A stretch of 64,000 nt of DNA from the IMG/VR virus record IMGVR_UViG_3300049847_000281; one strand, 5' to 3'. Both the position numbers and the translations under genes were made by a program. The notes beneath the pieces were generated by a model. The model was not told where the DNA came from. It made no database searches and was given only the letters and a program-made list of their open reading frames with translations. Positions 16,957-26,384 of this stretch are shown in pieces. Numbering within the stretch: the stretch's first letter is position 1; every line of letters starts with the position of its first letter. The stretch is from an uncultured virus (IMG/VR IMGVR_UViG_3300049847_000281) (taxonomy: Duplodnaviria > Heunggongvirae > Uroviricota > Caudoviricetes).

Positions 16957-17934
16957 TGCCCTCTTCCTGTTCACGTCACTCAGCAGATAATTTTTCTTCA
17001 CTTCCTCCCAAGAGGCATCATGCACCCCCTTCAGAAAGTTCTCGTTAGAAGCGTGCATCTCAAACATTCCCTTAAACGATGGAACGTGCGCTCTGAAACG
17101 CATGCCGGGCACGCTGTCGAACTCCGGCAGGTCTTTAGATACAAAGCTGGCAGCGCCTGCATAAGTGGCTTCAATCCATCCGCAGTTGCTCTTAGCCGCG
17201 TTAAACGGGTTCACCTCCAAGAACGACATGTATGCGCAGGGGCGTAGCCGTGGCAAGCTGCGCAGGAACTCATACACCGGGCTGTAGCCGCTCACAAATA
17301 AATTGTCACACTTTTGCGTATTCATCTCGATGAACTGAAAGCGGTCGCCAAGGAAATAGAATCTCCAGTCGCTGTGATGTTTTATCGCGTCCACGATGTC
17401 CCCGGCATACGTGTACACATCGCGCTGATGCGTGCTGCCGCCACGATAGTAGGCAATCTTGGTGTATTCAAAGGATGGCTTCTTCGTAGCCGGGAAGAGG
17501 TAGTCGTTGTGCGCATTGTTTATCACCACAATCTTCGAGCAATAGGGCTTGAAGCTCTTCATCAGGGCTTCTGTACTCACTATCACCACGTCCGCCAGCA
17601 TCAGGCAGGCGATGATGTTCTCCCGGTTCTTAAAGTGATGCGCATACACCGGGTTTCCCTCGTCTATATTCAGCAGGTCGTCATCATAGTCCAGCACCAC
17701 GCGCACGCCACATTCTTTCAGCAGGCGGATGTTACGGACATCTATGGCATGCACCGGGCGTTGAAGGAGCGACACGTTGTACATGGCTGCGTCTGTCCAG
17801 CTTAGTTCCTTTCCTCCGGGGATAGAGGTGATGTGGAAGTCGGTGATGTGGTCACGCAGATAGGGGAGGACTCCGCTGCTGCGGTAGTAACTGGTGGCAT
17901 CACCTTTACGGGGTTCTATAAGAAGGAGCTTCAC
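16942..17934 (-). CDS. GT-B-fold glycosyltransferase
   Basis: LLQRP, VVLDYDDDL, ADVVIVST, VINN, RGGSTH and FNAAKSNCGWIEATYAG. GTG start at 17934 inferred. Confidence 0.8.
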   Translation of the reverse strand: MKLLLIEPRKGDATSYYRSSGVLPYLRDHITDFHITSIPGGKELSWTDAAMYNVSLLQRPVHAIDVRNIRLLKECGVRVVLDYDDDLLNIDEGNPVYAHHFKNRENIIACLMLADVVIVSTEALMKSFKPYCSKIVVINNAHNDYLFPATKKPSFEYTKIAYYRGGSTHQRDVYTYAGDIVDAIKHHSDWRFYFLGDRFQFIEMNTQKCDNLFVSGYSPVYEFLRSLPRLRPCAYMSFLEVNPFNAAKSNCGWIEATYAGAASFVSKDLPEFDSVPGMRFRAHVPSFKGMFEMHASNENFLKGVHDASWEEVKKNYLLSDVNRKRALLLK

Positions 17935-18239
17935 AGTTCGCTGTCGTAAAAATTGTCCACACACCATATCGGTGTTTTCTCGCCCTTGTAGAGACTAAGG
18001 ATGTTGTGGTAAAAGAACTCCTCCGCCAGCTCACGCTTGCGCTGCTTCACGGTCTCTCCGTCTTCCAAATCCTCCTCACTCACTTGCCTCGTAGCAGCGA
18101 GTATCTCGATGGCTTTGCCTGTGGAATAGATGAGCCGCATCGTCTGCTCATCTACGCCTATCACGGCATCATCTAACCCGTCCGCTATCAGGAAGGATTG
18201 GTCGTCATACACGCTGCGTATTTTATCAAGTGTGTTCAT
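17931..18239 (-). CDS. conserved phage hypothetical protein
   Basis: ADGLDDAVIGV...IYS...AEEFFYHNI...GEKTPI pattern. Confidence 0.7.
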   Translation of the reverse strand: MNTLDKIRSVYDDQSFLIADGLDDAVIGVDEQTMRLIYSTGKAIEILAATRQVSEEDLEDGETVKQRKRELAEEFFYHNILSLYKGEKTPIWCVDNFYDSEL

Positions 18240-19063
18240 GCGGGGTCGTCCATAAAGTTTACATACGTTTCGTTGCAGCTGTTCTTCTCTGCCAGCTTCG
18301 CGTCTATCGTCTTCTCTTCTTCCGTCAGCGCGCTCTTGTGCGTCCACTCAAAATCCCACGGACTGCCGTCTGTGTCAAACGCATGCAGGTACTTGTGCGC
18401 ATCGCGGATGATGCAGGTCTTGCCGAGCGGAGTAAGCCCGGCTTTATGCGCCCGGTTAAAGTATTCATGTTCGGTAAATGCCCAGCGGGTGTTGGTTTGC
18501 CATCCTCCACAGATGGTGATGAGAAAACGTGTCATTGAAAAGAACACGCCTGTGGCTGCGCTCATAGCCAGCACGCGCTCTCCATGCTCTTTGTGGAGCC
18601 TGCCTTGCCCGGCACTGGTGTAAAGAAGTAATTGTTGTTGCGGGAATTCATTGTGCGCTTTCATGTAGGCGTGCATCCATCCTGCATGTATCGGAAACAC
18701 ATCATCGTCACAGGCGAAGATGTGGTCGTAGTTCCGCAGCAGCCGAAGCCCACGGTTGCCTGTAGCTCCGCGTCCGAGATTCTTTTTGTAGGCATGGAAG
18801 AAGAGCTTGCCTCCTGCGCTGCGCATACTCACCTTCTCCGGGTCGCCTGCGTAATCGTGCGCTGGCTCGAATAATCCGTCTATCTTCTCCATACGCTGCA
18901 TCAGGTCTAACACATCGTCTTCTCCACTGCCGTCATCCAGCACATGCAGCTTCATGTCAGGCGGCAGGTGCTCCACCCACTTCTTAGCTACATACGCACA
19001 GCTCTCCGGGCGCTTATAGGTGGCTACGAATAAGCCCTTTTGCAATTTGTCAATGTTTACCAC
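18236..19063 (-). CDS. GT2-family (GT-A) glycosyltransferase
   Basis: ATYKRP, VLDDGS, NLG..ATGN.GL and FACDDD (DxD). GTG start at 19063 inferred. Confidence 0.8.
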   Translation of the reverse strand: MVNIDKLQKGLFVATYKRPESCAYVAKKWVEHLPPDMKLHVLDDGSGEDDVLDLMQRMEKIDGLFEPAHDYAGDPEKVSMRSAGGKLFFHAYKKNLGRGATGNRGLRLLRNYDHIFACDDDVFPIHAGWMHAYMKAHNEFPQQQLLLYTSAGQGRLHKEHGERVLAMSAATGVFFSMTRFLITICGGWQTNTRWAFTEHEYFNRAHKAGLTPLGKTCIIRDAHKYLHAFDTDGSPWDFEWTHKSALTEEEKTIDAKLAEKNSCNETYVNFMDDPA

Positions 19064-19343
19064 GTTTCTTTTTTTTACGGTGTGTACCTTGAGGTTGAGC
19101 AGTCTGCATCTGCATCGCGTTAAAGCCCGGTGCTCTGCGGCTTTCAAGCCGTTCCCGAAACTGCGCTTCTGTTACTCCGTCACGGAGCTGCACCCACATG
19201 TTATCTATTTTTATCAGCTTGCCCATGCTTTGCTTTCAGCTTTTCGTTCCGTTTTTTTATAGCCGCCAGCTTTTCATCGCGCAGCTTCTTAGTCAGCGCA
19301 GCAGCGGTGATGTTCTTTTGTAGTTGGTCGGCTTGTTCCTGTG

Positions 19344-20150
19344 TCATGGCTTTTGTTCTCTGTGCTTCATCTCATCCTCTACGTACTTCACGCCCTGTGC
19401 CCACTTCTGCTCGATGTAACTTTTCCTTAGCTCCACCAGCTCTTCATCGCTATAGTTCGGCAGCATCAGCAACAGCCCGTTCACAAAGCTCTCTTCGTTC
19501 AGCGCCTCCTTAGATACCCCGGCTTCGTTCACCCTTTTGAAATTCGCCTCGTCAATAGCCGCTTTCCACCGCTTCATCCCTTCGTTAAACTTTCCCTCCT
19601 CCTCAGTCGTCAGGTTCTCCGGCTTCGATTCTTCTTTAAACTTGTTGTGCCTCGATTCCAAATATCCCAGCCGCTCATCGCTCACGGCATAGGTGTCAAT
19701 CCACGTGCAGATAGTCATCACGTCTATACGGTTGTAGTCTTTACCATAGCGCCCCATCTTAGCTTGCTTAAACACAAACACAAGCTCTTCAAACTTCAAA
19801 TACTTATACTCCTGTACAATCACATCGATAATGTCTAATGCCTGCATCTCATTTATCTTGTCCTTAGCGTTGAGTGATGCAACAAGGTGATGCAACAGCG
19901 CGTTCAGCTGCTGCTTCAGCCCGGTCATGTCCATACGCGCAAGAGTCGACAACTGCGATTGACTGCGAATAGCATCAGATAAAGTGAGTGCGTTCTGCGC
20001 CTCACTGAACTTCTGTAGCGCCATCGTGTGCTGCGGGGTTCCCTCCCTTGCTTGGTTCACTTGGTCTATTAAGCTCAAGCATCGCGTTAACGGCTTCTGC
20101 GTTGTAAGACCTCTGGTTCCCTGCTGGCTGAGTGACTGGTTCTCGGACAT
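19344..20150 (-). CDS. replication-associated protein (DUF6633-like, putative helicase-loader position)
   Basis: LKFEELVFVFKQAKMGRYGKDYNRID; follows the initiator gene. Confidence 0.55.
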   Translation of the reverse strand: MSENQSLSQQGTRGLTTQKPLTRCLSLIDQVNQAREGTPQHTMALQKFSEAQNALTLSDAIRSQSQLSTLARMDMTGLKQQLNALLHHLVASLNAKDKINEMQALDIIDVIVQEYKYLKFEELVFVFKQAKMGRYGKDYNRIDVMTICTWIDTYAVSDERLGYLESRHNKFKEESKPENLTTEEEGKFNEGMKRWKAAIDEANFKRVNEAGVSKEALNEESFVNGLLLMLPNYSDEELVELRKSYIEQKWAQGVKYVEDEMKHREQKP

Positions 20151-21207
20151 TGCGTTTATGGTGTTCTATGATTCGTAAGATGTTTCTGAAGATGTCGGTG
20201 AGGTAGAAGCCGCGCTGCAACCAGTCCGGCATGCTGTGCCAGCGCTCGTTGTCGAGTATCAGCTTCCATGCAGCCAGCACGCGCTTCTCGTCACCATCGC
20301 AGGTCTTCAGCAGATACTCGCGCACCTGCTTCAGCGCACGGTAGTTTGCCTCCGCGTTGGGGAGCTGCTTGGGAGTAGGCACTTGGATGACGTTAGACAG
20401 GAAGTTAAAGTATACCATCACCATCTTGTTGTGCAGCGAAGCAACTTCGTCTATCTTTTCATCTAAAGTCTTCTCCACTACGGGCGGCTCAGGGATTGGC
20501 TCAGGGGGCGGTTCCGGGGCGGGGATGATGTCTTCTTCCCTCAGCACCACAACGGGTTCTTCTTCCGGGCTGACCGGGGTATAGGTCTCTTCCACTTTTG
20601 GCGGAGCTGGCACACCCTTTTTTCTTGGTGGCGGTTTGCGCGTATCTTTTCGAAGTGCTTTCTTCTCTTGGCGTACCTCTTCGTTAAGCTGGCTTGTTAT
20701 CAGCTGCACAATAGCTCGCTTCTGCTCCACGGATATTTTCATCTCAGCCGCAAGCTCTGCTTCATACGCCACCATCATCTCGGTGAAGGTTTTGTTTAGC
20801 CCGGCTTTACGCGCTGTCTGCTTTTCATCGAGCCAGTTCATAATCTTCTTGTTCTTCTCCACTTGGCGCTGCCACCTCTTAGTTCCCTTCAGGCTCTGCG
20901 ACTCCGAAAAGTTTACCTGCGACACACGCACATTCTCCAGCCGCCTGTTGATGTGCGTGCCGTTGATGGTGGTGTGGAATTTGTCTTTGATGACATGCCA
21001 TATCTTCATAAACCCTTCCATGTCGAGCCTGCATATAAGCGCGAGGCGACTAAGTTCTGAAGGCAATACCCGGTTCTGCCACTGCGTTGCCAGCAGCAGA
21101 ATATAAGCTCCTACCTCTTCGTTGCTGTATGTGGATGTCTCTGCCAAAAACTCGGAGGCATAGAATGGGAACCACGGTCGTCTTTTGTCTTCTTTTTTTT
21201 CTCTCAT
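20002..21207 (-). CDS. DUF1376/YdaU-type phage replication initiator
   Basis: N-terminal PWFPFYASEFLAETSTYSNEEVGAYILLLATQW...INRRL. Confidence 0.8.
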   Translation of the reverse strand: MREKKEDKRRPWFPFYASEFLAETSTYSNEEVGAYILLLATQWQNRVLPSELSRLALICRLDMEGFMKIWHVIKDKFHTTINGTHINRRLENVRVSQVNFSESQSLKGTKRWQRQVEKNKKIMNWLDEKQTARKAGLNKTFTEMMVAYEAELAAEMKISVEQKRAIVQLITSQLNEEVRQEKKALRKDTRKPPPRKKGVPAPPKVEETYTPVSPEEEPVVVLREEDIIPAPEPPPEPIPEPPVVEKTLDEKIDEVASLHNKMVMVYFNFLSNVIQVPTPKQLPNAEANYRALKQVREYLLKTCDGDEKRVLAAWKLILDNERWHSMPDWLQRGFYLTDIFRNILRIIEHHKRNVREPVTQPAGNQRSYNAEAVNAMLELNRPSEPSKGGNPAAHDGATEVQ

Positions 21208-21587
21208 TTCGTTGGGGGTAATCTCATTGCTGGACTTAAAAATCTTTTCATGCCATTGGCAGCATTAGATATGGCGTGTGCGCGCTGCATCAGGCTCTCC
21301 ACAGCGTCTGCTACCTCTTGACTATCGTAGCTTACATAGTAGCCACGCCCGGTGCTCACTACTGGCAGCACTCCGTGGGAGCGGATGTAGTTGATGATTT
21401 TTCGGAGGCGCACCGTAGTGAAGGGTTTAGGCAATGCCATCTTTGTATTTATCGCATCGGTGATGGCTTGCGCGGTGATGGCTTGACTCTTGTGCTGCCT
21501 CAGCTTCAGCCCGGCTACCACGGCTTTCATCACGGGCAGTTCACTCTCGTCTATCTCGGCAGTATAGTCTTCAAAGTTCTTAATCAT
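21204..21587 (-). CDS. winged-helix hypothetical protein
   Basis: AITAQAI...VRLRKIINYIRS.GVLPVVSTGRGYY. Confidence 0.65.
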   Translation of the reverse strand: MIKNFEDYTAEIDESELPVMKAVVAGLKLRQHKSQAITAQAITDAINTKMALPKPFTTVRLRKIINYIRSHGVLPVVSTGRGYYVSYDSQEVADAVESLMQRAHAISNAANGMKRFLSPAMRLPPTK

Positions 21588-21590
21588 AAC

Positions 21591-22055
21591 TCAATACTTC
21601 CACACCAGCATAGCCGCATCCCGCCCATGTTCGTTAGTCGGCAGTTTCCACCCGGTGTGTTTTTTAAAATACTCACTTGATACTTTTTTTAAACTGCCTT
21701 GCAGCTTGCGCGTCACGTATTCTATTTTATGAGCATCTAAGAATTCGATGATGTGCTTGTAGGTCTGCTTCACAGCTCCTGCGCCCTGTGCCCGGAAGTC
21801 ATGCTCCTTCTGCGCTGTTCCCCGGAAGGGGATGAACGTGTTCGGGTTTTCGATGTGTACTATCAGCGCTTCGCCTACATCATCATTAAGCTGGAAGAGT
21901 TCCTGAAATAATTCCCACAGCTGGTAGGAGCCAACAGCTCGGAACTGCTGCGCAGCCTTATCCCACACCGCATAGCCACAGTGGATGCCGGGGTCTATAC
22001 CTACAAACACTTTCTTGCCTGTAGTCGTTTCAGAGCGTGCGCGGAGTTGTGCCAT
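21591..22055 (-). CDS. RuvC-like Holliday junction resolvase
   Basis: VGIDPG...GYAVW, HIE and C-terminal EHGRDAAM. Confidence 0.75.
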   Translation of the reverse strand: MAQLRARSETTTGKKVFVGIDPGIHCGYAVWDKAAQQFRAVGSYQLWELFQELFQLNDDVGEALIVHIENPNTFIPFRGTAQKEHDFRAQGAGAVKQTYKHIIEFLDAHKIEYVTRKLQGSLKKVSSEYFKKHTGWKLPTNEHGRDAAMLVWKY

Positions 22056-22288
22056 TAGAGTTGGCTTGCCATAAAGGAAACAGCATTAGTCGCGGTGTTG
22101 CCTACGGTGTTAATGTTTAGATTCGTGGCTGTGTTGCCATCAAAGCGATAGTCCATCTGCTGCACAGTCCAGTCGGGCTTACGCATCGTATAAAACTTCA
22201 GCTCCTCAGAGACGGGGTAATGGTCAATGGATTTTGACTTAGAGATTGCTTTTATCCGGTCTCGCTCTACGTCAAATTCAGTCACCAC
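22055..22288 (-). CDS. hypothetical protein
   Basis: 77-aa ORF in operon. Confidence 0.5.
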   Translation of the reverse strand: MVTEFDVERDRIKAISKSKSIDHYPVSEELKFYTMRKPDWTVQQMDYRFDGNTATNLNINTVGNTATNAVSFMASQL

Positions 22289-22296
22289 ACCCCGGC

Positions 22297-22509
22297 TTAA
22301 AAAGGGCGCACCACAATTTCAATCTGTTCGAGATTGTCTTTGTACTCCGAAGGAATCTGCATAGCTGCTGCCATCGCTGCGCTCTTGTCGTCATTAGACA
22401 AGATTGAAGTAATTTGTGTAATTACCTTAGACTTTGCACCATCATCAGTGGCTTGCTTTTCTGTTGGATGCCATAAAATTGCATACTGGAATAGTTGTAA
22501 CTTTTTCAT
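22297..22509 (-). CDS. hypothetical phage protein
   Basis: 70 aa ending IVVRPF. Confidence 0.7.
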   Translation of the reverse strand: MKKLQLFQYAILWHPTEKQATDDGAKSKVITQITSILSNDDKSAAMAAAMQIPSEYKDNLEQIEIVVRPF

Positions 22510-22522
22510 GATATAGTTGGGT

Positions 22523-22831
22523 TTAATTGTTTTTACTTCTTAGTTTATACTGTGCTTTAGTTCCTTGGTCATACAGTCTGTGGCACGTGAAACATAGTAA
22601 CTGTATATTGTCCTTTTCCAGTCTTAATTCAGGGTGCGCACCCTTGCTTTTTATGTGAGCGAAGAAAACTACATTCAGCTCATCGCCTAAATTAGAGCCG
22701 CAGTTCACGCAGTGGTGCCAGCGCTCTTTCCATATCTCCTCAAACATCGCCAGCTCCCCGGTCGGCTCCCGCAGCTTCACACCTAATCGCGCTTTGTTGC
22801 ACGTCAGGCAGAGCATGCGCCCACGGTTCAC
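22523..22831 (-). CDS. HNH/NinG-like nuclease
   Basis: CVNCG...FAHIKSKGAHPELRLEKDNIQLLCFTCH. Confidence 0.8.
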   Translation of the reverse strand: MNRGRMLCLTCNKARLGVKLREPTGELAMFEEIWKERWHHCVNCGSNLGDELNVVFFAHIKSKGAHPELRLEKDNIQLLCFTCHRLYDQGTKAQYKLRSKNN

Positions 22832-23013
22832 TATCGGTTTATCTTTACTTCCACATCCTTTACAATCTCCTGTCGTATAACGAAGCGCGATGTGGCTACC
22901 GTTGCTTGGTGTTTGTAGTTCTCATATTCCCACTTGGTTATTTCCCGCACGAAGAGTGCGCCCTGCATATAATACCTTCCATCGTGCTCATAGACGCTCA
23001 CTTCGTAATTCAT
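22831..23013 (-). CDS. hypothetical protein
   Basis: 60 aa, translationally coupled. Confidence 0.6.
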   Translation of the reverse strand: MNYEVSVYEHDGRYYMQGALFVREITKWEYENYKHQATVATSRFVIRQEIVKDVEVKINR

Positions 23014-23282
23014 TGTCCTTCTAATCCGTGTACCGCTTTTACTACTTTCAGGACGTTGATTTCCTGCACCAATCCCGAATAGATTTCCGTACTCACTGTC
23101 TCCTCCTTCTCAAGTCCGGGGGTATAGCCATATATTCTTTTTATAGGGTACTCCATGCCCTGAGCAAGCGACAGGTGGCTGCGCTCGTCATCAGTGAACA
23201 GGCGCTCGTCCACAGTAGTCCACTCCTGATGATTGATAGTCTTCGTTTCAATCTTATGTATGGTCACTTTATACGGCATCAA
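23010..23282 (-). CDS. hypothetical protein
   Basis: 90 aa, coupled. Confidence 0.6.
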   Translation of the reverse strand: MMPYKVTIHKIETKTINHQEWTTVDERLFTDDERSHLSLAQGMEYPIKRIYGYTPGLEKEETVSTEIYSGLVQEINVLKVVKAVHGLEGQ

Positions 23283-23628
23283 GAAGCGATAATATCTTAG
23301 ATAAAAATTTTTGTTGCTGCAATAGCTCCGAGCGTCCCATCTCCAAATAATATGCCGCCTTAGCCTGAGTGTCGCTGTGGTACGTGCTTGTCAGATTCTC
23401 TTTCCACATATCAAACTGTGCCTCGATGAGCGAGATTCTGTTCTCCACTGTTTGCAGAGATGATGCTACAAAATCATAGCGTGGCGTAGTCTCTATGTAC
23501 AAAATCATCTTACGCAACTGATGTATCTTCTTCTCAAACTTAGTGACAGATTTTTCCTGTTCACGCGCCTCAGCGATTTTTTCCTGTTCCTCAACGATGA
23601 GTGCTTTTAGATGTTCTATGGCTTTCAC
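23269..23628 (-). CDS. coiled-coil hypothetical protein
   Basis: 119 aa, helical. Confidence 0.65.
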   Translation of the reverse strand: MKAIEHLKALIVEEQEKIAEAREQEKSVTKFEKKIHQLRKMILYIETTPRYDFVASSLQTVENRISLIEAQFDMWKENLTSTYHSDTQAKAAYYLEMGRSELLQQQKFLSKILSLLDAV

Positions 23629-23642
23629 TGGCGAAAAGATTT

Positions 23643-23981
23643 TTACTTTAACGCATGTACAACAGCAATAAAGAGCTTGTCCTTTTTTTGCTGCGCCTCC
23701 GGCAATTCATTGTATGGAACAAAACAGGGGTGCTCTTTTTTTTCTGCATCCTTCACCTCTCCGTACTTCCATCCATCAGCTGTCTTTTGCCTCAGCCAGC
23801 TGTTATGGCTGTCTTCAGGTTGAGCGTCCGGGTTGTCAAGATGAAACTGCACTCCGGCAATAGCGCTCTCCTCTTGCCATGCTGGGGCTTCTTCCCATAT
23901 TGGTTGTGAATAGTCGCCAATACTTTCACAGTATGCACGGTTGGCTTCGTGACACACTTTAGCAATTTGTTGAGTTGTCAT
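23643..23981 (-). CDS. stand-alone RyR-domain protein
   Basis: HNSWLRQKTADGWKYGEVKDAEKKEHPCFVPYNELPEAQQKKD is the RyR-repeat signature. Confidence 0.88.
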   Translation of the reverse strand: MTTQQIAKVCHEANRAYCESIGDYSQPIWEEAPAWQEESAIAGVQFHLDNPDAQPEDSHNSWLRQKTADGWKYGEVKDAEKKEHPCFVPYNELPEAQQKKDKLFIAVVHALK

Positions 23982-23992
23982 AGTTGTTTTAT

Positions 23993-24718
23993 TTAAAATG
24001 GTAAGTCGTCTGTCGGTTCCGGGTCGGGCTGAGTTCTTGCCAGCGATGAAGCATCACGCACCACATTGCTCATCATCTCATGGTGTGTTGCTTCAGGTTC
24101 TGCCGAAGCGTCTTCTCCCAGCACTTCAGGAACATGTAGGGCGTTACGCTGCGCAACGGCATTTTTTATTTTCAGCTCTACGTTTTCACGTACCAGCATC
24201 TGCATCAGGAATTCTATCTGTGCGGTGTCGTCCCACATCTGCTGCCCCTTAAAAGTCACCTGCGTCATCTCCGGCAAGCCGTTCGGCTCATCCTTGGTGT
24301 ACGCACGCGGCACAGGCGTACCGAACGGCTGGTCTAAGTACATCGAAGAGCGCTTGGACTCTACGCCATCGTTGACGACAACCTTGTACCACGGCTTGAA
24401 AACCACCTCTTTAGAGAAGTCTACATTAGGTACTGTATACAGGAATCCTTTCGCGTAACCGCTGGAGAGAATCATTCCAATCTGATACTCGTCTCTTCCG
24501 TCCTGCACGACAAGCACAAGCTCTTTGCCGAACTTACCCTCGCGGGTGAAGAGACCTGACACGTAGCCGCTCAGGTTGTCATACCGAAGCTCCCACACAT
24601 CTCTGCCTTCTGCGTTAGTGCGCTTAGTCGCGCCTTTGGTGTCTTCCGCTGCCTTGCAGACGAATTTGCCCTCAAGAATGTTGAGGTAAGTTTTTGGTGC
24701 ATTGTTTCCGAGTCCCAT
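23993..24718 (-). CDS. putative single-stranded DNA-binding protein
   Basis: Beta-rich core and acidic tail ending DDLPF. Start MGLGNN has an A-rich leader; an in-frame alternative start exists at 24871. Confidence 0.6.
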   Translation of the reverse strand: MGLGNNAPKTYLNILEGKFVCKAAEDTKGATKRTNAEGRDVWELRYDNLSGYVSGLFTREGKFGKELVLVVQDGRDEYQIGMILSSGYAKGFLYTVPNVDFSKEVVFKPWYKVVVNDGVESKRSSMYLDQPFGTPVPRAYTKDEPNGLPEMTQVTFKGQQMWDDTAQIEFLMQMLVRENVELKIKNAVAQRNALHVPEVLGEDASAEPEATHHEMMSNVVRDASSLARTQPDPEPTDDLPF

Positions 24719-24872
24719 GTTTTCTGTTTCTGTTTTTTTAGTGGTTAGTGGTGATAGTATGTAATTAGGGTCATTGAGTTCTGCTATTTTTTTGGCAAGA
24801 GCCGGAGCGTGCTTGTTCCATATTGCTCTGCTCTGTGAAGCACTGAATCGCTTGAACAATCCCTTGCTCATT

Positions 24873-25178
24873 TTATTTTCCGAATGCCTTTCTTCTGCCG
24901 CTGTAACTTTTTTGAAACTCGATGATGTCATTCATCGTGTACCATATCTTCTTCCCGATTTTCGTTGAACGCAATCCGGCAATACGATAACGCGACAAAG
25001 TTTTCTTGCTGCACTTCAACAGCTCCACAGCTTTCTCTTCCGGGATTGGCTCCTCGCCACCCACAGCTTTCTCCATCACGTCACGCGCTGATGCTGCCAC
25101 CAGCCCGGCAATTTGGTCTACAAAAAGCTGCGCCTGTGCAGCCGGGATTTCGAATATCACTTTAATGCTCTCACTCAT
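24873..25178 (-). CDS. excisionase-like HTH_17 protein
   Basis: EKAVELLKCSKKTLSRYRIAGLRSTKIGKKIWYTMNDI. Confidence 0.75.
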   Translation of the reverse strand: MSESIKVIFEIPAAQAQLFVDQIAGLVAASARDVMEKAVGGEEPIPEEKAVELLKCSKKTLSRYRIAGLRSTKIGKKIWYTMNDIIEFQKSYSGRRKAFGK

Positions 25179-25461
25179 CGTCTTCTGTCTTTGGATTATT
25201 TTCTTCACGCAATTTTTTCATCACCTTCTCTGCTTCTCTTACGCGCTTCTTTTTTTCTTCACGTAAATCATTCAGCAACGCGATGGCTTCCTTTATCACC
25301 TCCGGGTTCTTGAATTTATTTACGGTTACGTAACTCAATGTGCAGCCACGCTGTTGCAGCCGTTGAAAAATCACCCGCTGGCTCCCGTATGGAAGCATCG
25401 CTTTTACCTCTAACACAGAGGCATCGTCCAGCGGCATCATTTTTAGGGTATCGATGTTCAT
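25171..25461 (-). CDS. Cro-position small DNA-binding protein
   Basis: First gene of the leftward operon, divergent from the repressor. Confidence 0.5.
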   Translation of the reverse strand: MNIDTLKMMPLDDASVLEVKAMLPYGSQRVIFQRLQQRGCTLSYVTVNKFKNPEVIKEAIALLNDLREEKKKRVREAEKVMKKLREENNPKTEDDE

Positions 25462-25550
25462 AACTTTTTTATTGGCGTTACATCCTGCAAAGGATATTCT
25501 TGATTATATTTGTGCGATATTCTTTGTTTGCAACATTAACAGGAACGGAT

Positions 25551-25581
25551 TACAATAATAGTACAAAACAATACAATGCAC
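25551..25581. promoter_or_regulatory. candidate operator: TACAA direct repeats at ~10-11-bp period
   Basis: TACAA at 25551, 25562 and 25572; the 22-mer recurs at 31719-31740 (20/22). Confidence 0.55.
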
Positions 25582-25655
25582 AAAAAGTCAAGAGAGAGTT
25601 ACCTTAAAATACCCTCTTCTTTGCCTAAAGAATTAACTATCAATATAAAAAAATC

Positions 25656-26297
25656 GTGTGTCAAGTGGTTAACAGAGAAGTATTAAACAGCAAATTTTTA
25701 AGGTCGCTGGAGCAAGTCCGCAAAGACTTCCCGCAGCACAACAAAACTTTCATTGCACAAAAGGTGCTGGAGACACAGCTCAACGTGCTCAACGGAATCA
25801 TCAACGGCACACGAAAAGTTACACCGATACAGCTGGAGCGCTACATCGCTTTCTTCAAGCTGAACAAAAATTATTTCTACGCACAGGAGACAGAACTGTA
25901 TCACGAAAAGCCGGAGCCGCTCTTCATCGACAACACCATCTTCCCTGAAGTTAAAGCGCGCTACAAAACGGTGCGCACGTACCTGCAAAAAACACAGGAG
26001 GAGATTGCAAGAGAAATCAACCGCAACCAAACACAGTGGTCGCAAATTGAAAACGGAGTCATTTCTCCGGGAGACGACATCAAGTCGATGCTGCACAACA
26101 AATACAACATCGCTTACGAATATCTTATTGACGGAGTTCTGCCCATCGTTAAAGGAGAAGCCACCGTCTTCAACATCAACAAGCAGGACGAGCGCATGCA
26201 CGATACGCTGCGAGAGGTTAGCTCTGTGTTAGAACAGCCGACCGCAAGAATGCAGGTATATGTAGAGCACACCAAGAGAGAGGATGCTCACGCATAA
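25656..26297 (+). CDS. repressor-like XRE protein with two HTH regions
   Basis: YKTVRTYLQKTQEEIAREINRNQTQWSQIENG...IAYEYLIDG plus an N-terminal HTH-like segment; divergent position. Confidence 0.75.
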   Translation: MCQVVNREVLNSKFLRSLEQVRKDFPQHNKTFIAQKVLETQLNVLNGIINGTRKVTPIQLERYIAFFKLNKNYFYAQETELYHEKPEPLFIDNTIFPEVKARYKTVRTYLQKTQEEIAREINRNQTQWSQIENGVISPGDDIKSMLHNKYNIAYEYLIDGVLPIVKGEATVFNINKQDERMHDTLREVSSVLEQPTARMQVYVEHTKREDAHA

Positions 26298-26303
26298 GCG
26301 TCC

Positions 26304-26376
26304 GGTCTCGTAGCTCAACTGGATGAGCATCTCGCTACGGACGAGAAGGTTAAGGGTTCGAATCCCTTCGAGACCT
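26304..26376 (+). tRNA. tRNA-Arg(ACG)
   Basis: Acceptor GGTCTCG/CGAGACC, anticodon arm TCTCG-CTACGGA-CGAGA, T-arm AAGGG-TTCGAAT-CCCTT; no CCA. Confidence 0.92.
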
Positions 26377-26384
26377 CAGAAACG

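Noticed and set aside
20480..20530. Possible origin iterons in the initiator gene
   Set aside because: The repeats are explained by a Pro-Glu linker (PEPPPEPIPEPP)
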